The notes under the pieces are model-generated. The model ran no database searches. It was not told where the DNA came from and was given only the letters and a program-made list of their open reading frames with translations. Source: a virus (taxonomy: Duplodnaviria > Heunggongvirae > Uroviricota > Caudoviricetes). From it: a DNA stretch of 42,002 bases. The translations under genes and the position numbers were made by a program. The stretch is taken from IMG/VR virus record IMGVR_UViG_2563366918_000005; one strand, written 5' to 3'. Shown one piece after another: positions 25,974 to 33,523 of this stretch. The first letter of the stretch is position 1. Every line of letters begins with the position of its first letter.

Positions 25974-26050
25974 GTGGCATTAGCTCAGTTGGACAGAGCA
26001 ACCGCCTTCTAAGCGGTTGGTCGCAGGTTCGAATCCTGCATGCCACGCCA
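25974..26050 (+). tRNA. tRNA-Arg (anticodon UCU, reads AGA)
   Basis: 77 nt. Acceptor GTGGCAT/ATGCCAC, D-arm GCTC/GAGC, anticodon stem ACCGC/GCGGT with loop CTTCTAA (TCT at 26008-26010), T-arm GCAGG-TTCGAAT-CCTGC, discriminator G, encoded CCA. Resembles E. coli argU. Confidence 0.93.
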
Positions 26051-26093
26051 GAATCACGCCTAAGGACCGTGATGCCAGAAGTTCCAGGTGCTT

Positions 26094-26135
26094 GGCGGTG
26101 ATAGTTTCCCTTGAAGGACTATCACCGCCCTTTTT
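26094..26135 (+). terminator. strong rho-independent terminator after the tRNA
   Basis: 12-bp stem GGCGGTGATAGT / ACTATCACCGCC, 12-nt loop, then CTTTTT. Confidence 0.8.
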
Positions 26136-26213
26136 ACAGCAGGACGCCATTGCGATGACTTCATGCTGTAAACCCGTGCAGCCACGGAAGGCATAACTCA
26201 TTGCTTCCAGTTC

Positions 26214-26237
26214 GCCCGGTTCGCCGGGCATTTTTTT
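26214..26237 (+). terminator. second rho-independent terminator
   Basis: GCCCGG-ttcg-CCGGGC-A-TTTTTTT. Confidence 0.7.
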
Positions 26238-26252
26238 GCTTGATGACCGCAA

Positions 26253-26269
26253 ATTACCTTAAAGGTATA
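26253..26269. promoter_or_regulatory. operator-like site ATTACCTTAAAGGTATA overlapping a TATAAT hexamer (26266-26271)
   Basis: Left half perfect, right half GGTATA. -35-like ATGACC at 26243-26248, 17-nt spacer. Confidence 0.5.
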
Positions 26270-26551
26270 ATCATGAAAAACTTCAAGGTAATTAGCATGT
26301 TTGAATCGTTCAAAGAGCTGTTTTTATCTACTGCCAATACTGCCGTGAATCGAGCCAAAAACCCTGTGCTTGGTGCTTTTGTTATGTCCTGGTGCGCCTT
26401 CAACTGGAAATCAATTCTTTATCTATTTTTTAGCAAATCAAACATAATAGATAAAATTTCATATATCTCAGATAACAGCACATGGAAAACTGTTATGTTT
26501 TATCCATGCTTATCTGTAATTGCTATCTGCTGCCTAGGTAATGACTCCAAC

Positions 26552-27055
26552 TTACTGATAGTGTTTTATGTTCAGATAATGCCCGATGACCTTGTCATGC
26601 AGCTCCACCGATTTTGAGAACGACAGTGACTTCCGTCCCAGCCTTGCCAGATGTTGTCTCAGATTCAGGTTATGCCGCTCAATTCGCTGAGTGTAACGCT
26701 TGCTGATTACGTGCAGCTTTCCCTTCAGGCGGGATTCATACAGCGGCCAGCCATCCGTCATCCATACCACGACCTCAAAGGCCGACAGCAGGCTTAGAAG
26801 ACGCTCCAGTGTGGCCAGAGTGCGTTCACCGAATACGTGCGCAACAACCGTCTTCCGGAGCCTGTCATACGCGTAAAACAGCCAGCGCTGGCGCGATTTA
26901 GCCCCGACGTATCCCCACTGTTCGTCCATTTCCGCGCAGACGATGACGTCACTGCCCGGCTGTATGCGCGAGGTTACCGACTGCGGCCTGAGTTTTTTAA
27001 ATGGCGGAAAATCGTGTTGAGGCCAACGCCCATAATGCGGGCGGTTGCCCGGCAT
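26552..27055 (-). CDS. insB: IS1 InsB reading frame (expressed as InsAB-prime by -1 frameshift)
   Basis: 167-aa ORF with ...[21 protein letters not shown]...[11 protein letters not shown]..., recognised as IS1 InsB. Confidence 0.93.
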   Translation of the reverse strand: MPGNRPHYGRWPQHDFPPFKKLRPQSVTSRIQPGSDVIVCAEMDEQWGYVGAKSRQRWLFYAYDRLRKTVVAHVFGERTLATLERLLSLLSAFEVVVWMTDGWPLYESRLKGKLHVISKRYTQRIERHNLNLRQHLARLGRKSLSFSKSVELHDKVIGHYLNIKHYQ

Positions 27056-27249
27056 CCAACGCCATTCATGGCCATATCAATGATTTTCTGGTGCGTACCG
27101 GGTTGAGAAGCGGTGTAAGTGAACTGCAGTTGCCATGTTTTACGGCAGTGAGAGCAGAGATAGCGCTGATGTCCGGCGGTGCTTTTGCCGTTACGCACCA
27201 CCCCGTCAGTAGCTGAACAGGAGGGACAGCTGATAGAAACAGAAGCCAC
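26974..27249 (-). CDS. insA: IS1 InsA
   Basis: 91 aa [43 protein letters not shown]..., recognised as IS1 InsA. Confidence 0.95.
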   Translation of the reverse strand: MASVSISCPSCSATDGVVRNGKSTAGHQRYLCSHCRKTWQLQFTYTASQPGTHQKIIDMAMNGVGCRATARIMGVGLNTIFRHLKNSGRSR

Positions 27250-27864
27250 TGGAGCACCTCAAAAACACCATCATACACTAAATCAGTAAGTTGGCAGCAT
27301 CACCTGCTGCCTATTACCATGGGTAAACAATATCATTAACGTATGGCAAGCAAAGCCTCTTGATAATAATGACTCAATCGAAAATCACCTGAAGGCAAGA
27401 AAAATCCAGCGTGAAACAAGACTGCAGAGGTTATTGGCTAAAAAAGATGTTACATACGACAAAGTTAAGACTGGCGCGGAAAAAGACATCCAAGAGATGA
27501 AAGAAGAGATTATTCGATCAAAGAATAGTATGGGGGAATTGACTGCCGAGTTGAAAGCTAAAGATGACGAATTGAGATCCGCCAGTGCTCAGTTAGCAGC
27601 TCTAAATCATTCATTAAAAGAGATATCGGAAACTCTTGGAAGAATGAATGAGGCATATAAGACCCTCCAAAATGATTTCGACGAATACAAACTCAAATAC
27701 CCTGAAAAATCTCAAATAAAAAGCCTTGAACTTGGCAACGGCCAAACAATTAGCAACTTTTTGGAGCAACACAACTTATCCGGATTAAAATCTGGTAAGC
27801 CAAACGTTTTTAATAACTTTGGTGTTCTATCTGGATTATCAGGTTTCGAGGATAAAAATAAAGA

Positions 27865-29340
27865 CTAAGCATATGGATCGTACTCGGTAAGCGCCTTGCC
27901 TTGCTGGTTCTGCTGCCCGGGAAGTCGCAGGCGCTTTGACACCGGGAAAGCAAACGTCAGCAGTAGCGCATCGCCTTTACCAGGCGAACGCCCAAGTCGT
28001 TCTTTGATATCTTCCTTCGGTTCGATAACGATTTTACCGTCCACGCGAACTTTGTACTCTGCCGCCGACAGATCGTCCGCTGTTTCCTGGTCATCCAGCA
28101 TCCCGCCCAACCTCAGCCATGTCTTGCATGAGTTGAACATCTCCCCGCGCTTGTTGAGCATCTGAGGGTCAGTTGACGCACCACCGAACGGAACAAGTTG
28201 CCATGTGCGCCCCCAGCCGTCACCGATTGACTTCAGACCGGTTCCGTAACCGAAGTCGATGAACACCGCGTCAGCCTGATACTGGTCTTCAAAGTCAGCG
28301 ATACGCTTCGCCATAATCAGATCGTCAGTGGTCTTGTTGCCAGTCCATAGCACCTTACTATGCAACCCCTGCCGCAGGTATATCACCGCGTCATCAACGC
28401 CTGAATATGCCGGGTCAACACCGATTATCACCGGAGCATGTGCCACCTGCGCAGCGGTTACCACCCGTTTCATTGCCTCATCAGTAAGACCGGTAGGGAT
28501 AAACTGCAATTCAGATGCATCAGGGAATATGCCGCGCACACGGATTTTAACGAAGTCGCTGTCTTCCCCGTAGTCATCAACCCATTTCTGCAACTGCTGT
28601 TTGTTAGTACCTTCCACCGTCCGGCTGTCAATCTGCGCAGTTTTCCAGCGGTGTTTGTATTTGCGGAAACATTCGCGAAAACGCCCGGTATTACGTGTAG
28701 GGTTTCCGAACGCCACCCAGATAATCTCAGTGTCTTCGTCCGTAAGCGCACCCTCAGCAACTTCCCACACCAGATCCGCAATGTTCGACGCTTCATCGAA
28801 TACCACGATGATGCGTTTGCGCTCGTTGTGTAGTCCGGCGAATGCCTCAGTGTTGTGCTCAGACCAGGGGATTGCGTCAGCTCGCCACCGCTTGTCGTGC
28901 CCAGGATCATTGCTGTACATCGCGGTAGCGGTACAGGTAAACCAGTCTTTCGTGATAGCAAGGTTCGACCACTTGATAATTTCCGGCCAGGTCTTCGTTC
29001 GTAGCTGGTTGTCGGTGTTGGCGGTCACCACGACCTTACAATCCTCGCAAGTGGACATGCCCCAGTTGATCAGCATTGAGATGAATGCGGATTTACCAAT
29101 ACCGTGACCAGAAGCACGTGCCAGCATAAGCGGCTGATAACGCGTCTCTGGATTCTGCAGGTGATCACGTATCTCTCGGAACGCATCGGCCTGCCACTGA
29201 CGTGGGCCGGTAGCATGTGCCAGTTCAGTCCCCTCTTCCCCCCACGGGAACGCATAGAGGGCATAGCCAAGCGGATCGTGAGTGAACCCTGCAATATCCT
29301 CGATTAACTGCTCTTCAGGAGATAACGCTGTATCTGTCAC
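27865..29340 (-). CDS. terminase large subunit
   Basis: 491 aa, GTG start. Walker A SGHGIGKS. Acidic motif IIVVFDEAS. Follows the small-subunit gene with a 4-nt overlap. Confidence 0.88.
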   Translation of the reverse strand: MTDTALSPEEQLIEDIAGFTHDPLGYALYAFPWGEEGTELAHATGPRQWQADAFREIRDHLQNPETRYQPLMLARASGHGIGKSAFISMLINWGMSTCEDCKVVVTANTDNQLRTKTWPEIIKWSNLAITKDWFTCTATAMYSNDPGHDKRWRADAIPWSEHNTEAFAGLHNERKRIIVVFDEASNIADLVWEVAEGALTDEDTEIIWVAFGNPTRNTGRFRECFRKYKHRWKTAQIDSRTVEGTNKQQLQKWVDDYGEDSDFVKIRVRGIFPDASELQFIPTGLTDEAMKRVVTAAQVAHAPVIIGVDPAYSGVDDAVIYLRQGLHSKVLWTGNKTTDDLIMAKRIADFEDQYQADAVFIDFGYGTGLKSIGDGWGRTWQLVPFGGASTDPQMLNKRGEMFNSCKTWLRLGGMLDDQETADDLSAAEYKVRVDGKIVIEPKEDIKERLGRSPGKGDALLLTFAFPVSKRLRLPGQQNQQGKALTEYDPYA

Positions 29341-29933
29341 TGATTACCATCCTGACGTTCTTTGAGTCGCTTCCTGGCTGCTGCTATGCGATCAGCAATT
29401 GTCACATTCACATTAACATCCAGACGTTCTTTGAACGCGTTGACATCAACATGCTTACCAATCAGCTCAAGGTTCTTCACCTTGTCAGGCCATTTAATTT
29501 TTTTGAGGATTGTCTCTATCGAATCCTCGTTCATGTTCATGATGGTCGATGACAAATCAAAGCCACTAAGCGTAGTGCGCCAGATTTTCGGCCACTCACG
29601 GATTGGTTTAAGGCTCCCATCGTCGTTGAGGATGTCGATCACGTCCATCTGGTCGATCTGCACCAGGCGCATGAGAACGTAATCAGCACTGACGCGCATT
29701 CGTTTGTTGCGCTCCTCCATCAACTCGGCAATCCGTTTTTGAATGCGTTCATCGCGCATCATGACACTGGCTTTAACTGCCGCTGTATTTGGGGAGAATC
29801 CTGCGTTAATCGCTGCCTGAGTCTGGTTTTCAGGCGTTTTGATGTATGACTGGCAATAAGCCTCCTGCATTGCTGTTAGTGGCTTAAATTGCGTTGATTT
29901 GCGTTTATAGGTTTTAGGTTCAGCAGGCATCAT
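29337..29933 (-). CDS. terminase small subunit
   Basis: 198 aa from MMPAEPKTYKRKSTQFKPLTAMQEAYCQSYIKTPENQTQAAINAGFS (HTH-like N-terminus typical of the Terminase_2 family). The longer TTG start at 30011 would run through the operators and terminator and is rejected. Confidence 0.8.
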   Translation of the reverse strand: MMPAEPKTYKRKSTQFKPLTAMQEAYCQSYIKTPENQTQAAINAGFSPNTAAVKASVMMRDERIQKRIAELMEERNKRMRVSADYVLMRLVQIDQMDVIDILNDDGSLKPIREWPKIWRTTLSGFDLSSTIMNMNEDSIETILKKIKWPDKVKNLELIGKHVDVNAFKERLDVNVNVTIADRIAAARKRLKERQDGNQ

Positions 29934-29966
29934 AACCACCGTGGTAATAGTTACCGTTGTGGTAAT
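29932..29966. promoter_or_regulatory. two abutting operators ATAACCACCGTGGTAAT (29932-29948) and GTTACCGTTGTGGTAAT (29950-29966) over the terS start
   Basis: Same 17-bp family, 1-bp gap. The first overlaps the terS ATG ATG. Confidence 0.65.
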
Positions 29967-29976
29967 AGTACCATGC

Positions 29977-30002
29977 AAAATAAAGCCGCCATAGTTGGCG
30001 GC
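29977..30002 (-). terminator. rho-independent terminator between early-left genes and terS
   Basis: On the - strand: GCCGCC-aactat-GGCGGC followed by TTTATTTT. Confidence 0.7.
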
Positions 30003-30051
30003 AGTATTCAAAACCCATCAAATTCATCATGCATAATCTACTCGTGACATG

Positions 30052-30390
30052 TCACACTATTAATTTCGTTTCATGCCAGCCTTTAGTCACCCAGCATTGC
30101 GAGTCACCATTACACGGGCATGAATTAACTGGAACTCTCTCGCCGCACTTACCGCAACATTTTCTGCTGATCGATTTTATACGCCCGCGCACGCGTGCAT
30201 CATCCTGGCGGATCAGTAACGCTATATACTCACCAAATTCGTAAGGCGCACGCCCGGGGCGACGCGTGGCACAGTTACGCTCCAGCATTTCAATTTCCTG
30301 AGCATCAAGCACAATTTCCAGCTTACGCACACCAGATGCAGCTTGTCTGGCTCTCTGAGCGGCTTTGCGCTCTGCTGCTGATTTAGCCAT
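30052..30390 (-). CDS. hypothetical protein with basic helical N-terminus and Cys-rich C-terminus (candidate regulator)
   Basis: 112 aa. N-terminus MAKSAAERKAAQRARQAASG. C-terminal CCGKCGERVPVNSCPCNGDSQC. Last early-left gene before the late terminator. Confidence 0.55.
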   Translation of the reverse strand: MAKSAAERKAAQRARQAASGVRKLEIVLDAQEIEMLERNCATRRPGRAPYEFGEYIALLIRQDDARVRGRIKSISRKCCGKCGERVPVNSCPCNGDSQCWVTKGWHETKLIV

Positions 30391-30736
30391 TCTGATTTTC
30401 CTGCATCATGAGGAAGACAATCATGGCGGCGCGGAGAACATTTTCATGCTCATGCTCCCAAATATGGTTGGCAGAAGCACCGTGCAAACCGCTTTCGTTC
30501 CAGTCCCAGAGAATGTTAACTCCGTTATCAGCAATAATCGGCCATGAGGCGCTCGGATCATTGCAGTAGTCAGGTAAAGGGTTTAATGGCTCGAAAGTTG
30601 TATCAGCATTTCCGTAATACCATTTGTTGGTGTTATTCCCTGACGTTTCCGGTTTACATGCCCAAAGGCCTTTAAAAATTATGTCTCCTACCATTCTGTT
30701 AATTTCAAAATCACTTAACTGTGAATAGTCCATCAT
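30383..30736 (-). CDS. NinX-like (DUF2591-type) phage protein
   Basis: 117 aa. N-terminus MMDYSQLSDFEINRMV recalls the NinX/DUF2591 family (memory). Confidence 0.55.
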   Translation of the reverse strand: MMDYSQLSDFEINRMVGDIIFKGLWACKPETSGNNTNKWYYGNADTTFEPLNPLPDYCNDPSASWPIIADNGVNILWDWNESGLHGASANHIWEHEHENVLRAAMIVFLMMQENQNG

Positions 30737-31437
30737 TTCGCCACCTTCGGAGGTTCTGGTAGCGGCATCCAGTGGGTTACACCGCCAATTGGCTCATCGT
30801 CGTCGTACTCCAATGCGGCTATATAGAACCCGTCACGACGAGAATAAGAAATCCCTGACATTACAATGCCATCCGAAACAACAATAATGTCACCCGTTTC
30901 TTCCGGCATTCTCTCACTACAGCTTATCCAACCATCCGGAGTTACCGGAGAGTTGCCCGACAGCTTGTTCAACTTGTAAGTCTGGCTTACAGGTTTGGCA
31001 CCATGAAGCATGGCGTCGCTCCGCTCTATGCCATCCAGCGCGATTCGCAGTGCCTGAATTGTGGTAATGCTATCGTTTGGGGCTATTCCATATCGCTCGA
31101 ATACAGCGATATGACCGCGCATAATCTCAGGCGTAAGCTCTTTGTAAGCATAAGCAAGCGACCCTGATGCCTCATCCGGCACAACCGACGCAGGCGCGGC
31201 AGCATAAACAGGAATAACGTCCGCTTGCTCTTTATTGCTTTCATCCGTTAAAGCCCAGAATAATTTCCCGGCCGGATGTTTGAAAATATAAGCAACTGGT
31301 TCTGCTTCCAGCGATGCCAGAGCAATTCGTGCCAGTTCTTCCGCTTCTTCTGCTGGCAGTACAACGTTGCTACCAGGTCCGTATGTTTCGCGCCACTGTT
31401 TGATTGTCAGTAGTCGCTCTTTGGTAATAGTGGTCAT
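30733..31437 (-). CDS. hypothetical early protein with DUF551-like C-terminal domain
   Basis: 234 aa. C-terminal WISCSERMPEE...GVTHWMPLPEPP pattern is typical of DUF551 (memory). Confidence 0.5.
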   Translation of the reverse strand: MTTITKERLLTIKQWRETYGPGSNVVLPAEEAEELARIALASLEAEPVAYIFKHPAGKLFWALTDESNKEQADVIPVYAAAPASVVPDEASGSLAYAYKELTPEIMRGHIAVFERYGIAPNDSITTIQALRIALDGIERSDAMLHGAKPVSQTYKLNKLSGNSPVTPDGWISCSERMPEETGDIIVVSDGIVMSGISYSRRDGFYIAALEYDDDEPIGGVTHWMPLPEPPKVAK

Positions 31438-31439
31438 AG

Positions 31440-31631
31440 CTATTTCACCTTAATCTCAACATTTCGCAGCTTTAGCTCTACTGGCAGGTCTGACTTTCCG
31501 GTTAATGCTAATGCGAGATTTTCTGGAGTAATGAGAGCCGTTATTGTTTTCCCCATCGCCAGACGAATAGTCATTCGTATCTCGCGATCGTCACATGCTC
31601 CCGGTCGAACAATTGAGATTTGTCCGTTCAT
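31440..31631 (-). CDS. small hypothetical protein
   Basis: 63 aa from MNGQISIVRPG (AAGGAGAG SD; start 1 nt after the upstream TGA). The longer start at 31664 is rejected. Confidence 0.5.
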   Translation of the reverse strand: MNGQISIVRPGACDDREIRMTIRLAMGKTITALITPENLALALTGKSDLPVELKLRNVEIKVK

Positions 31632-31632
31632 A

Positions 31633-32118
31633 TCACTCTCCTTTGATGCGAATGCCTGTTGCAATGCTGTTTATGATGCTGTCAGTGCATGGGGTAGAAA
31701 GCTGGGCATCTCCAACAATTTTCATGACCTCAACATCTGCATATCGAATACCGAGGTGTATCAGACCGGCTATGCCTGACTTAAGCCGAGCATTTTCCAT
31801 AAATAGAACTTTTGCCCGCTGTTTTTCTGCTTCAAGCTCAACGCGCAGCTTCCCTACCGTTAGCGCAATTTCCTCGTTCTCCTGGTCGCGGCGTTTGATG
31901 TATTGCTGGTTTCTTTCCCGTTCATCCAGTAGTGCCAGCACGGTTTCTGGTCCGGCCAGAAATTTGAAGGCGTTGAGCGCATCAATATCCACACCGTAAT
32001 CTTTAAGTTCCTGTTCGCTTATCAGATCATCATCAACTGGCAACATTAACAGGCGTTCCATTGCCGGAATTGCACGTTCTGCCGCCTCACGCAGTGCCTG
32101 ATAGTTAATTTTGGTCAT
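31633..32118 (-). CDS. Ead/Ea22-like early protein
   Basis: 161 aa. MTKINYQALREAAERA ... PETVLALLDERE pattern and coiled coil are typical of the Ead/Ea22 family (memory). Confidence 0.5.
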   Translation of the reverse strand: MTKINYQALREAAERAIPAMERLLMLPVDDDLISEQELKDYGVDIDALNAFKFLAGPETVLALLDERERNQQYIKRRDQENEEIALTVGKLRVELEAEKQRAKVLFMENARLKSGIAGLIHLGIRYADVEVMKIVGDAQLSTPCTDSIINSIATGIRIKGE

Positions 32119-32119
32119 A

Positions 32120-32419
32120 TCACATCACCCTGAAGCCGTTGCATTTACGTAAAAAATCGCAGATATAGCCCTTCATTTTTTTATGCCAATCTCGATCATT
32201 CCCATTGCACCAACCATCAGGTGGAGTCCAGTTTTCTATCAGAGCAGCCATTTTCTTTGCTTTCGCCGGAGTAGCTGTTGCGGTATCGCAGTAATGACGA
32301 GTGTCAACCAACGCATCCATACCATCGATATCAAGTACGCAAAACCATGTGTGATTCGGAATTCCTACAGGTGGTATTTGTTGCCCACGTCGGCGTTTAT
32401 CAATGAGATATACACTCAC
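32120..32419 (-). CDS. hypothetical early protein
   Basis: 99-aa ORF, tightly packed in the operon. Confidence 0.5.
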   Translation of the reverse strand: MSVYLIDKRRRGQQIPPVGIPNHTWFCVLDIDGMDALVDTRHYCDTATATPAKAKKMAALIENWTPPDGWCNGNDRDWHKKMKGYICDFLRKCNGFRVM

Positions 32420-33000
32420 TGGTTGCCTCCTTTGCGAAGCTGGGCAGCAAAGTCACGGATAGTGTCATCAAGGTCTGGGCACAACAGATGGTCAGCAAAC
32501 ATCTCTACCCCCTGCGCACGTACTTCAGCCAGAAAAGTGTCGGTGGCTGGGGTTTCGATATTAGGTAGAAGCGCATAATCGCAAATCGTATCGATCGCAG
32601 GATCACAACAGTCATCCTCGTTGCGTGGTCGTTCGCCAACCTTCGTTGACGATTGCATGATGATTCCCCAGCAAATACTATCGACCTCTTCGCTCCATCC
32701 ATCGCAAGCATCACCGCGATAGTCGTCGATTGCAGCCTCAGCCGATTCGATAGCTTCCTCAGCAGTTTTGTGCCATTCGAAATTATGCTCAGAGCCATAT
32801 GAGAAATATGAATGTCCCGCCTTCAGCCCCGCATTCTCCGCTGCCATCGCATTAGCACGCACCAGTTGCACTTCCAGTTGCGTTGCCAAATCGCTGATCA
32901 GCTTTGCCACACTACGCATATCAACGGCACCACATTCTGCTTTCAGTTCCGAAGCCATCTCATGCCCGGCGGCAACTAACCCTTTGATATTACTTTCCAT
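32416..33000 (-). CDS. hypothetical early protein (Ea22-like N-terminus)
   Basis: 194 aa, acidic, Cys/Asp-rich centre. ATGA coupling downstream. Confidence 0.5.
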   Translation of the reverse strand: MESNIKGLVAAGHEMASELKAECGAVDMRSVAKLISDLATQLEVQLVRANAMAAENAGLKAGHSYFSYGSEHNFEWHKTAEEAIESAEAAIDDYRGDACDGWSEEVDSICWGIIMQSSTKVGERPRNEDDCCDPAIDTICDYALLPNIETPATDTFLAEVRAQGVEMFADHLLCPDLDDTIRDFAAQLRKGGNQ

Positions 33001-33061
33001 CTTTACCCTCGCTTATCCACATAACTTATTGATTACATTGATAACTAAAAAGATCGTCGAT

Positions 33062-33406
33062 TCAGAACTCTTCGATGTTCCAGCCACCACCTGCTTTCTT
33101 TGGTTTAACCGTTACCCCGATGATTCGGAACGGATACTGATCTGCGGCGACTTTGGTTTTCACCCTGGCGTCGTCGGTCCAGAAACCTTTCACTTCGTGC
33201 AGTTCCATCTCGCCGGTGGCGAGCATCACAGCAAAATCGGGCGTATAGAACGTGTTGTCAGCTAACCGCAGCTTGATACCCTCAAATCGATACCAGACGA
33301 TTTCTCCTGCACGTTTACGCAGCTCAAGGTGCTGGCAATACGCAGATTCTGTTTTGTTCATCTGTCCTGTTTTGAGTCGACCAAGAGCCTGTATCTGTTT
33401 TCTCAT
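33062..33406 (-). CDS. DUF1064-like protein, probable PD-(D/E)xK nuclease
   Basis: 114 aa. YTPDF ... ELHEVKG fits a PD...ExK motif. Confidence 0.55.
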   Translation of the reverse strand: MRKQIQALGRLKTGQMNKTESAYCQHLELRKRAGEIVWYRFEGIKLRLADNTFYTPDFAVMLATGEMELHEVKGFWTDDARVKTKVAADQYPFRIIGVTVKPKKAGGGWNIEEF

Positions 33407-33408
33407 GA

Positions 33409-33487
33409 TTTACCCCTGAGGTAATTAAAAACCACATAAGACACGAAATCAATAGATTTTAGAATATTTTATTACCTAACAGGTAAT
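33409..33487. promoter_or_regulatory. two operators TTTACCCCTGAGGTAAT (33409-33425) and ATTACCTAACAGGTAAT (33471-33487)
   Basis: Same family, 62 bp centre-to-centre. The first abuts the DUF1064-like start codon. Confidence 0.65.
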
Positions 33488-33498
33488 TATCGAAACGT

Positions 33499-33518
33499 AA
33501 AAAAATGCGCTATCGCGC
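33499..33518 (-). terminator. short GC hairpin plus T7 after the P-like gene
   Basis: On the - strand: GCGC-gata-GCGC-A-TTTTTTT. The stem is only 4 bp. Confidence 0.45.
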
Positions 33519-33523
33519 TGGTA

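Larger units (their letters stand above)
26537..27304 (-). mobile_element. IS1 (768 bp) with 9-bp target-site duplication TGCTGCCTA (26528-26536 and 27305-27313)
   Basis: Ends GGTAATGACTCCAACTTA... and ...TAAGTTGGCAGCATCACC match the IS1 inverted repeats. Exactly 768 bp. insA/insB present. A6C frameshift motif at 26992-26998. Confidence 0.97.
26273..27868 (+). pseudogene. IS1-disrupted gene for a membrane-anchored coiled-coil protein (~272 aa when restored)
   Basis: 5-prime part 26273 (or ATG 26297 with AGGT SD) to 26536. 3-prime part 27314-27868. Removing IS1 plus one TSD copy joins ...SVIAICCL to LPWVNNIINVWQ... in frame, with no stop on hand translation. N-terminal hydrophobic helices, C-terminal heptad-rich region (ELTAELKAKDDELRSASAQLAALNHSLKEISE). 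AT-rich. Confidence 0.8.

Noticed and set aside
25673-26252. The - strand ORFs 25673-25936 (87 aa) and 25980-26252 (90 aa) in the cargo island.
   Set aside because: The second runs straight through the tRNA-Arg gene and both terminators. The first is a very basic, low-complexity translation with no SD. The region is better explained as non-coding RNA or leader on the + strand.
26240-26271. TTGATG (26240-26245) plus TATAAT (26266-26271) as the promoter of the cargo gene.
   Set aside because: The spacer is 20 nt, too long for sigma70. The alternative ATGACC-17-TATAAT pairing is reported only as a candidate. It would place the transcription start after ATG 26273, favouring ATG 26297 as the start.
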